Source of the DNA: Candidatus Multivorans sp.
GTDB lineage: Bacteria > Acidobacteriota > Thermoanaerobaculia > Multivoradales > Multivoraceae
Direction of reading: 5' to 3'
NCBI GenBank assembly: GCA_965247095.1
Contig: OZ251997.1
Span: 3,168,001-3,232,000, forward strand
Length of the DNA stretch: 64,000 bases
Shown here: positions 31,101-38,180 of the stretch, one piece after another
Layout: each line of letters starts with the position of its first letter
Position numbering within the stretch: position 1 is the first letter of the stretch
Notes under the pieces: model-generated
Database searches by the model: none
What the model was told of the DNA's origin: nothing
Seen by the model: the letters and a program-made list of their open reading frames with translations, nothing else
Translations under genes and position numbers: made by a program

Positions 31101-31245
31101 CCGTCGGCGCGGAGAGGTCCGGGAAGATGTCCACCGGCAGGGTCGCGATAAAGAAAGCTCCGGCCAGGGTGAGAAGCGCGGCCCCGGTGACCACCAGCCA
31201 CCGGTAGCGGAGGGAGAACCGAAGCAGTCTTTCGAGGGGTCCCAT
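28138..31245 (-). CDS. CusA/CzcA family RND heavy-metal efflux permease
   Basis: LPVDIFPDL, LVTFPVE, GLLVDDAIIAIENI, GFVTLFGIATRNG, PVLMTA. Confidence 0.95.
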   Translation of the reverse strand: MGPLERLLRFSLRYRWLVVTGAALLTLAGAFFIATLPVDIFPDLSAPTVTVITEAPGMAAEEVELLVTFPVESAVNGSPGVRRLRSVSADGLSVAWVEFDWGTDIYRARQVVNERLQRVDLPAQAEQPELGPISSIMGEITFIAMTAAPAADGGVSAMELRRVAETVVRRTLLSIPGVSQVVPIGGERRQLQVTVRPAALAQNGLPLTDVIEAVAAASRSLAAGFHVEGGQEHIVRGLTRARSPEDVAAAVVRVTGGVPLRVGDIATVEWGAEPARGTASYRNRPAVILSVQKQPEANTLELTRAIDAALARLQQTLPSGVVLESENFRQADFIEVAIGNVSEALRWGAILVIVILALFLGSVRTTLISAFAIPLSLVTGILVIAALGLQIDTMTLGGLSIAVGLLVDDAIIAIENIFRRLKEERRLTRGDRRPAAEVVAAATREVLSPILIATLVVVLVFVPIFFLPGLEGRLLRPLGLAFIAALSASLVVALTVTPVLALLLLGRAKALRAREPWLLRAFRAGYTPTLNWCLGHRRAVLLLVVLAVAPVAALVPGLGRSFLPPFNEGSLTVAVVSPPGIPLAESDRLGSQVEEALLAFPEVVSTSRRTGRAEKDEHVQGVNASEIEVVLAPLEGGRSKDELVAEMRRAVATIPGTTVSFGQPISHRIDHMMSGSRTNLAVKVFGPDLAVLRTLASRVEQVLGTVPGIVDLSNQEQAAIPQLVIDFDRTAMARHGLALADLGEGVEALFQGVVVGEIVEEGLASDVAVRLLPSLRSSPEKIAALPVSTPAGDLVRLGAVAEVRHALGPSLIRRENAQRVAMITANATGADLVGAVERAQAAVDAGVDLPSGYFVTFGGQFEEAGRRISTVALLVVLILVAMYGLLYIEFGSHRETLIMLVNVPLALVGGVVAVALGDGVLSLATVIGFVTLFGIATRNGVLLVSNYRRLLGEGLPLDEAVRRGSGERMAPVLMTALTAGLALVPLVLAAGAPGNEILSPMAQVILGGLLTSTFLNLLVVPVLYLSGRRTREIAR

Positions 31246-31256
31246 TCGCTAAGCCC

Positions 31257-32942
31257 TTAGTGGACGTGACCCTCGGCCTCGCCGCTCGCCATCAGGGACG
31301 AGCGGCGAATGGCGTCGCCGCCGCGGGTCACCAGGCGCTGGCCCGGCGCCAGGCGCTCGACGCGCGCCCGGTCTCCCTGCCGCTCGAGCACGGTCACCCT
31401 CTGGCGCCCGAAGCTCTCCCCGGAGAGCTGCAGGAACACGACCGGCACGCCGCCGTCGTCGACCAGGGCCGACTCCGGAACGACGATGCCGGTCTCCTCG
31501 TCGGCGAGGAGGATCTGCGCCGCGACAGTCGATCCCAGTGCGAAGCCGGCGCCGCCAGGGCCAGGGACCTGCAGCAAGACGGTGACGGTACCTGTCCGCG
31601 GCGAGACTTCCGGCGCGACCGAGACGAGGGAGAGCCCCTCCTCGACTCTCACCGGCTCGCTCTCCGGATCCTCGAGCACAAGGCCCCGCACACCCGAGGC
31701 CGCGAGCCGCCGCGCTCCCTGCGGCGGCAACGCGACCTCGATCCACACCACGTCGGTTCGGACCAGGCGGGCAAGGGAGTCGCCGGCGGCCACCGTCGCG
31801 CCGGGTGTCGTGTTGACCGCGGCTATCCGGCCGGAAAACGGAGCCCTCAGGGAGATGCCGGCGCCGTCCGCTCCACCCTCGCGCGAGGAACGGGCCGACT
31901 CGAGGTCTCGCTCTGCCGCCCGGTGTCGGGCCTCAAGGGTCAGGACCCGAACCCGAGCCTCCTCCAGCTCGCGCCCACTCGTCGCTTCGAGAGCCAGGAG
32001 TTCCTCCAGGCGCGACCGTCGTGCCAGGGCACTCTCCAGCTCCGTCGCCAGTGTCTCGAGTTCCGCTTCGAGGGTCGCCAGGCTCCTCTCGGGCGCGACC
32101 AGGGGAACCACCCGGAAGAGGGGAGAGTCCCGCGCCACGCGGCGGCCGACGAACGGCCAGGAGGGAGATCCCTCTGGTGGCTGCACGACGCCGTCAACCT
32201 GTGCGGTCACCGTGCTCTCGCCACCCGCCGGTGGACGGAAGGTCGCCAGACCGGCCACGCTCTCGGCCAACCGACCTTCCTCGACCCAGGCGGTCGCGAA
32301 GGAACTCTGCCACTGCTGCTCCTTGAGGAAGGAGATGGGCTCGCCCCCGTCGGACCCGGCCGGGGGCGAGGATGCGTCCAGGAGCCCGCCCGGCTCTTCA
32401 GCCGGTCCGATGTGGACCCGGCCACCGCGGATCTCCTCCGTGCCTTCCGCATCGTGGATGCGGAAGAGAAGATCGGCCTCGCCGGCCTGCCGCGGCGTCA
32501 CCTCGATGTCGAAGATCCCGGGCCGGAGCACCTGGTCCGCGCCGAAGACCTGCTCGCCGGAAGCGTCCACGAGCACGATCTCCACCCGGCCGTCCACCAC
32601 CGGCGTGAAGTCGGCCAGACGGGTGACATGGGTGTGGGCCTCGGCTGTCTGGCCCGCCACCAGAGCGTCGACCTCGGGGAAGACCTCGAAGCGTTCGCCC
32701 CAGGCCGTGACGGCCCAGGTTTCGTGCGAGTGGTCCGGCGGCTCGGCGGGCGGAGCGGCACCGCAGGCGAGCAGGACGAGCGCGGGGAGCGCGCCGACCC
32801 AACTCCGCCGCGAGCGGGCGCAGCACGGGTCAGGCACACGGCGCTCCGATCCTGGGAACGCGGGCATCCTGCCCGCATCCGGAGCAGTTCGGCTCCGGGC
32901 CTGCTCGCACATCTTCGTCATCGGCGTTCCACTCCACGTCAT
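31257..32942 (-). CDS. RND efflux periplasmic adaptor (membrane fusion protein), lipoprotein
   Basis: LLAC lipobox, ISFLKEQQW, LRAPFSGRI, VPESALVD, C-terminal GHVH; ATGA coupling to tolC-like gene. Confidence 0.9.
   Translation of the reverse strand: MTWSGTPMTKMCEQARSRTAPDAGRMPAFPGSERRVPDPCCARSRRSWVGALPALVLLACGAAPPAEPPDHSHETWAVTAWGERFEVFPEVDALVAGQTAEAHTHVTRLADFTPVVDGRVEIVLVDASGEQVFGADQVLRPGIFDIEVTPRQAGEADLLFRIHDAEGTEEIRGGRVHIGPAEEPGGLLDASSPPAGSDGGEPISFLKEQQWQSSFATAWVEEGRLAESVAGLATFRPPAGGESTVTAQVDGVVQPPEGSPSWPFVGRRVARDSPLFRVVPLVAPERSLATLEAELETLATELESALARRSRLEELLALEATSGRELEEARVRVLTLEARHRAAERDLESARSSREGGADGAGISLRAPFSGRIAAVNTTPGATVAAGDSLARLVRTDVVWIEVALPPQGARRLAASGVRGLVLEDPESEPVRVEEGLSLVSVAPEVSPRTGTVTVLLQVPGPGGAGFALGSTVAAQILLADEETGIVVPESALVDDGGVPVVFLQLSGESFGRQRVTVLERQGDRARVERLAPGQRLVTRGGDAIRRSSLMASGEAEGHVH
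32851..32882 (-). repeat. REP-like family A, short form, inside the adaptor reading frame
   Basis: CCTGGGAACGCGGGCATCCTGCCCGCATCCGG, translated as PDAGRMPAFPG. Confidence 0.85.
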
Positions 32943-34174
32943 GGCCGCGGCCCTCCTCCCGTCAGAGCAGCCGTGAGCAGCGCGGCCCCATCTCCGCCAG
33001 TCCCCGAGAGTCGTTCGAGTTCGCGGTGAACGGCGAGCGCCGCCTCGTGCAGATCGAGCATCGCCAGTTCCGCTTCGGTCACGGAACGGTGGATTTCGAG
33101 CAGATCGGTCAGGCTGGTCTCGCCTTGGCGAAAGGCCGCCTCGGCGCCGTCCAGCATCCGCTCGGTGGCGCCCAACTCCTGCCGGGCTTCCGCGAGAGCC
33201 GCGGAAAGGCGAGCGAAGTTGTTGCTCGCGGCGCCGCGGGCGACGGTCACCTCCCGCTCGATGAGTTCGAGCCGCGCCCGCGCGGCCTCCAGGCCGGCAC
33301 TCGCGGTCGTGCGGGACGCCTGCCGGCGATCGAAGAACGGCAGGGACCAGGCGAATCCGAAGATGGGCCCGTCGACGGCGCCCGGCGTGAGATCCTGCCG
33401 CCGCCAGCCGAACGTGACCTCGGGAGAGGCGATGGTACGGCGCGTCGCTTCCCGAGCGAGTTCCGCGGCGGCAAGGTCCGCTTCGGCGGCGCGCACCCCG
33501 GTGCCCACCCCATCGAGCGACGGGGCGTCAGGCGGGTCCGGCAGAACCGGGTACGCGTCCACTGGCAGATCGGGGCGCCAAGCGGCTGCCTCGGCTCGCG
33601 CCCCTTCGCTCGCCACTTCCGCCAGAACAACGCGGGACCTGAGCGTGGCCGCAGCCAGCCGGAGGCGATTCGCTTCCAGTCCCGAAGCTTCTCCCCGTTC
33701 GGCACGCGCGGCCTCTCGCCGCGCCAGCGACTCGACCCGCTCCGCCCGAGCCGCCAGTCGCTCGCGGCGGGCGTTGGCCACCGCCCAGCCGGCGTACGCC
33801 TCTCTCATCGCCAGCCGGTAGGTCCGGAACTCGTGCGCCAAACGCGTCCGAACGGCCTGCGCCTCCGATTCGCGAGCCTCGATCTCCGGCCCCCGCTCAG
33901 CCCCCGGGATCTGCCAGGAAACCAGGATGTCGGTCTGCCCGATCGGCCCCGCCGGGTCCTCCCGCACGCCTTCCAGGACAGGGTTCTCGAACGTCCTGGC
34001 CGCGGTCACACGGGCCTCCGCGCGCGCCAGGGCCTGGGCGCTTTCGCGCACGGCCGGGTGCTTCTCGTCGAGTGCCGAGAGGTACTGGGCCTCGGTGAGA
34101 ATCCGCGGCTCCTGGGCCCCGCCGGCAGCGGCGATGAGCCACGCCAAGAGACTGATCAGACGGAAACGATGCAT
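32939..34174 (-). CDS. TolC/CzcC family outer membrane efflux protein
   Basis: Signal peptide, helical repeats, WSLPFFDRRQ, AFRQGETSLTDLL; first structural gene of the operon, AAGGAG RBS. Confidence 0.85.
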   Translation of the reverse strand: MHRFRLISLLAWLIAAAGGAQEPRILTEAQYLSALDEKHPAVRESAQALARAEARVTAARTFENPVLEGVREDPAGPIGQTDILVSWQIPGAERGPEIEARESEAQAVRTRLAHEFRTYRLAMREAYAGWAVANARRERLAARAERVESLARREAARAERGEASGLEANRLRLAAATLRSRVVLAEVASEGARAEAAAWRPDLPVDAYPVLPDPPDAPSLDGVGTGVRAAEADLAAAELAREATRRTIASPEVTFGWRRQDLTPGAVDGPIFGFAWSLPFFDRRQASRTTASAGLEAARARLELIEREVTVARGAASNNFARLSAALAEARQELGATERMLDGAEAAFRQGETSLTDLLEIHRSVTEAELAMLDLHEAALAVHRELERLSGTGGDGAALLTAALTGGGPRP

Positions 34175-34234
34175 GCTGACTCCTTTCCACGTCGAGGTTT
34201 CGGGCTCGAGATGAGCCCGGCCACGAGCCGTAGA

Positions 34235-34621
34235 TCAGAGCAGCAGGGAGCAGTGGCTCACGAAGAGCGGGGCCGGCGGTCCGCGTCGGGACGAGCCGTC
34301 GAAGCGAGATCCTTCGGCGAGGGTCACGGACTGAGAAGGCGATGTCGGAAGCACCGCGAGCGCCCACAGGCCGGGCCGGCGTAGGCTGGCCTGGGCAGCG
34401 AGCGTGGCGTCGTGGCCATGGTCAGGCACGGCCTCGTGCTCGTGGTGATGCCCGTGCGTTGCCGACCCCGCCAGATCCGCAAGGTCGTGCTCGTGCCCGG
34501 CGCCGTGGGAACCGTGATGCTCGACCGCCAGGTGCAATCCCACGCCCAGTGCAAAGGCGCCCGGCGCCAGCCATCCCAACAGCATGGCAACGGTAACCAG
34601 GCGCTTCAACCGGGCACTCAC
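34235..34621 (-). CDS. His-rich exported small protein with C-terminal RGPP motif (CzcI/DUF2946-like)
   Basis: Hydrophobic N-terminus, 14 His residues, ends RRGPPAPLFVSHCSLLL; 60 nt upstream of the tolC-like gene; start uncertain (GTG 34621 or 34648). Confidence 0.7.
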   Translation of the reverse strand: MSARLKRLVTVAMLLGWLAPGAFALGVGLHLAVEHHGSHGAGHEHDLADLAGSATHGHHHEHEAVPDHGHDATLAAQASLRRPGLWALAVLPTSPSQSVTLAEGSRFDGSSRRGPPAPLFVSHCSLLL

Positions 34622-34724
34622 AACGAGGCACTGTGACAGAAGCGCCACGTACGGTCAACGAAACCGGCGGTCGAAACGGCGATACGCTTTGCACCTTGCA
34701 CGTACTGAAACCGCTGCCTCCGAA

Positions 34725-34825
34725 CCTGGGAACCCGTGTGGCGCGACCTCGCGCCGCACGCAAACCACTCCGTGCGCCCGTCATCGGGCGCACGGATGGC
34801 ACGCGGGCATCCTGCCCGCATCCGG
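34725..34825 (-). repeat. REP-like family A, long form (101 nt)
   Basis: Same three-hairpin layout; 4-nt loop in the GGCGCG hairpin. Confidence 0.88.
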
Positions 34826-34839
34826 CCCGACGGGCCGGG

Positions 34840-37074
34840 TTGGTTAGCGCTGGCCCATCACACGCGCTGACGCCGCTGCTTCCGTTCTGCGCCGCTCTGG
34901 CCTTCTCGACCCTCGCGGCCTGCGGCGGCGAGTACCCGCCGCCGCCGGAGACGGCGCAGGTTCCCTTCGCTGAAACGATCCACGGCGTCGAGTTCGAGGA
35001 TCCATACCGCTGGCTCGACGAGCAGGACAGCCCGGCGACGCGCACCTTCATCGACCGGCAGAACGAGTACGCGGAGCAGATCCTGGGCGAGCCGGCGGAG
35101 CGCGACTGGGCGCGGCGACGGCTACGGGAGCTGATGGACATGCCGGCCATCGGCTCGCCGAACAAGGCCGGCGACTTCGAGGTCTTCACCCTCCGCCGGC
35201 CCGGCGAGGAGCTGGCCTCCATCGTGCGCCGCGAAGCCCCGGGTGATGCGGCCGACGGCGGGCCCACGAGAATCGACCCGGCGGGCGAGTACGAGGTGCT
35301 GGTCGACCCGGCCGACCTGAGCGCCGACTACACGGACATCCTCGACATCGTGTCGGTTTCGCCGGACGGGCGGCTCATGCTCTACAACGTCCGCATCGGC
35401 GGCGAGGACGAGACCACGGTCCGCCTGCGCGACCTGGAGCAGAACGTCGACCTCGACTTCGAGCTGCCGCGGGCGCTCAACGACCAGGCGTTCTTCGCCA
35501 AGGACGGCAGCGGCATCTACTACACGATCCGCGACCGCTACGAGGGATCGCGCGTGCGTTTCCACACGTTCGGCACCGACCGGGCGGACGATGCTCTCGT
35601 GTTCGGCGAGGGGATCGGGCCGCGGAGCTTCGTCCGCGCCGAGCAGCTCGACGACGCGTTGCTGCTGGTCGGGGTTCAACACGGATGGACCCGGAGCGAG
35701 CTCCATCTCGTGACGGTCGGCACCTGGGAGACGACGCCGCTCGTCACCGACCTGGATGCCCGCTTCAACACCCACAGGGCCGACGGCAGACTGTTCGTGC
35801 GCACCAACCTGGATGCGCCGCTCAACCGACTGATGGAGGTCGACCTGGAGCGGCCCGAGATCGCCAACCCGGGTGGCGCGTTGTCGCGCCACACGCGAAC
35901 CAGTCCGAGCGCCCGTCATCGGGCGCTCGGATGGCATTGGCGCGAGGTCGTGCCCGAAGCTGATGACGTGCTGCAGGGCGTCGCGGTCATCGACGACAAG
36001 CTCTACCTGACCTACCTGCACGACGTGGCGAGCCGCATCCGGGTCTTCGAGTTCGACGGCACGCCGGCCGGCGAGGTCGAGGTGCCCGAGCACCACAACG
36101 CCAGCATTCGGGCCGCTGGGAAGGGCAAGGCTCTCCTGTCCCTGGTCTCCTACCTGCAGCCGTCCGTGACCTGGCTGCTCGACCTCGAAACGGGCACGCG
36201 TGAGGTCTTCCGCGAGCCCCAGGCCCCGTTCACCGCCGACGGCTATGTGCTGAAGCAGGTGCGCTACACCTCGAAGGACGGCGCCTCCGCGCCGATGTAC
36301 CTGGTCCATCGGGAGGACTTCGAACCCGATGGAAGCACTCCCGCCCTGCTCAACGGCTACGGCGGCTTCAACGTCTCCCTGACGCCACGCTTCAATCCGC
36401 TGGCGGCTCTCTGGATCGAGGCGGGCGGCGTCTACGCGGTCGCCACGCTCCGCGGCGGAAGCGAGTACGGCGAGGAGTGGCACCAGGGCGGGATGCTCCA
36501 CAACAAGCAGAACGTCTTCGACGACTTCATCTCCGCGGCCGAATGGCTGGTCGAGTCGGGCTACACCGATCCGCAGCGCCTGGCGATCCACGGCGCCAGC
36601 AACGGCGGACTGCTCGTGGGCGCCTCCCTGACCCAGCGCCCCGACCTCTACCGCGCGGTGCTCTGCGGCTTCCCCGAACTCGACCTGATCCGCTTCTACA
36701 CCTACACCGAGGCGAACAACATGCCCGCCCTGCTCGAGTACGGCGACGGGGAGATCCCCGACCAGTTCGAGTCTCTACGCGGCTTCTCGCCCTACCAGGC
36801 GGTCAGGGACGGCGTCGCCTACCCGGCCGTCATGCTGACCCAGGGCGACCGGGACACGCGTGTGCCGCCGCTTCAGGCGCGCAAGATGGCGGCTCGCCTG
36901 CAGGCGTCGACCTCGTCGGGGCTGCCGGTGATCCTGCGCTACCACCCGTACGCCGGCCACGCGGCGAGTCGTGGATTGCCGCTGTCGCAGAGGATCGAGG
37001 CCGTCGCGGCGGAGGCGACGTTCCTGATGAGCCAGACGGGGCTCGGGGCGCCGGGCACGGGGTCAGCAGGATGA
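34840..37074 (+). CDS. Prolyl oligopeptidase (S9A) lipoprotein
   Basis: LAAC lipobox, DPYRWLD, YGGFN, RGGSEYG, GASNGG, DRDTRV, GH; start uncertain (frame open from 34633). Confidence 0.93.
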   Translation: MVSAGPSHALTPLLPFCAALAFSTLAACGGEYPPPPETAQVPFAETIHGVEFEDPYRWLDEQDSPATRTFIDRQNEYAEQILGEPAERDWARRRLRELMDMPAIGSPNKAGDFEVFTLRRPGEELASIVRREAPGDAADGGPTRIDPAGEYEVLVDPADLSADYTDILDIVSVSPDGRLMLYNVRIGGEDETTVRLRDLEQNVDLDFELPRALNDQAFFAKDGSGIYYTIRDRYEGSRVRFHTFGTDRADDALVFGEGIGPRSFVRAEQLDDALLLVGVQHGWTRSELHLVTVGTWETTPLVTDLDARFNTHRADGRLFVRTNLDAPLNRLMEVDLERPEIANPGGALSRHTRTSPSARHRALGWHWREVVPEADDVLQGVAVIDDKLYLTYLHDVASRIRVFEFDGTPAGEVEVPEHHNASIRAAGKGKALLSLVSYLQPSVTWLLDLETGTREVFREPQAPFTADGYVLKQVRYTSKDGASAPMYLVHREDFEPDGSTPALLNGYGGFNVSLTPRFNPLAALWIEAGGVYAVATLRGGSEYGEEWHQGGMLHNKQNVFDDFISAAEWLVESGYTDPQRLAIHGASNGGLLVGASLTQRPDLYRAVLCGFPELDLIRFYTYTEANNMPALLEYGDGEIPDQFESLRGFSPYQAVRDGVAYPAVMLTQGDRDTRVPPLQARKMAARLQASTSSGLPVILRYHPYAGHAASRGLPLSQRIEAVAAEATFLMSQTGLGAPGTGSAG
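35869..35937 (-). repeat. Family A 69-nt internal module inserted in frame in the prolyl oligopeptidase gene
   Basis: CCGGGTGGCGCG-TTGT-CGCGCCACACGCGAACCAGTCCGAGCGCCCG-TCAT-CGGGCGCTCGGATGGCAT matches the middle of the long repeats. Confidence 0.9.
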
Positions 37075-37195
37075 GGCTAAAGAAGTGAGGACCCCGAGGC
37101 GAGACGTCCAAGGTGGTGTAGGGTGCTTGCCATCAGGAACAACCTCTCCAGCTCCCAGGTTGTAGCGGGTAGACGACGACAGAGGAGGACTCGCC

Positions 37196-37390
37196 ATGGC
37201 ACTGTGGAAGAAGAAGACCCCGCCGGTCACTGTTATCGGAGACGGCACGCGGCGAGTCGACTTGGAACAGTTGATGGCCGATGAGAAGGTCCAGAAGACT
37301 CTGGAGGATCTTGCCGTCCGGTTCAAGGACATTCCCGGTCCACCACCGCCCGACCCACCATCGTCCTCGGGTGCAAAGAGCCTGAAGTAG
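37196..37390 (+). CDS. Small hypothetical protein
   Basis: GAGGAGG RBS, 64 aa, ends 3 nt before the next ORF. Confidence 0.6.
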   Translation: MALWKKKTPPVTVIGDGTRRVDLEQLMADEKVQKTLEDLAVRFKDIPGPPPPDPPSSSGAKSLK

Positions 37391-37393
37391 CAC

Positions 37394-38071
37394 TTGGCCT
37401 CACTCAATCTGCTCGTGCCTGCACTCGCGGGCTACCTGCTCCTGCGTGGAAGCAACTTCAGCAGGTTCGGACTGCTTCGGGAGTCCGGCTATCACGTCGT
37501 CTTCCGTGCCGCTCTATGGGGCATTCTCCTCTACGTTGGGGGCTGGTTCATTTCGTCTTGGACGTCCCTGCTCGACTACTCCACAACCCAGGATCTGGGC
37601 ATCAACGAGGCCAGTCTGTGGAGTTTGGCTCTCGGCGGCTTCTTGGGTTGGGCGCCGAACATCTTCTACAACGCTCTCCGAGGAGCACGTCGTGCCGCCG
37701 AACGCAAGGGGGACGTGATCGACGTGCTCGTAGACGAGGCATGCAAGGCCCGCAAGATCGTAGAGGTGTCGCTCCAGGGCGGCAAGACCTACATCGGCTA
37801 CTTCTATGAGAGCACCATCAGGAAGTACGGGGCAACTACAGGCGAACTGGTCCTCATCCCGCTGTTCAGCGGTTACAGGAACCCCGACGATCAGACTCTT
37901 CACCTGACCACCAACTACGTTGGATTCCTCCTCGGCAGCGCCTCCTACGGCCCATGGGACGACGACTTCAAGGTCGTGGTGCCCAGATCGACCGTGCGTT
38001 GGGTGCGCCCGTTCCACATGAACCTGTTTCCGCGTTCGACGGGGGAAGACCTCGACCTGCAAGGTTCGTGA
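37394..38071 (+). CDS. Hypothetical membrane protein (about 3 TM helices plus beta-rich C-terminal domain)
   Basis: Hydrophobic N-half; C-half VEVSLQGGKTYIG..LIPLFSGYR..FKVVVP; lower GC than the flanks. Confidence 0.7.
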   Translation: MASLNLLVPALAGYLLLRGSNFSRFGLLRESGYHVVFRAALWGILLYVGGWFISSWTSLLDYSTTQDLGINEASLWSLALGGFLGWAPNIFYNALRGARRAAERKGDVIDVLVDEACKARKIVEVSLQGGKTYIGYFYESTIRKYGATTGELVLIPLFSGYRNPDDQTLHLTTNYVGFLLGSASYGPWDDDFKVVVPRSTVRWVRPFHMNLFPRSTGEDLDLQGS

Positions 38072-38180
38072 TCAGTAGAGGCTCCACCAGAGAACCTACC
38101 GCCAAGCAAGCGACCGCCGACCAGAAACGAATCGGCGCCGAGCCGTTGCCGGATGAACCGCGGCCCGTATCCTACGCCGC

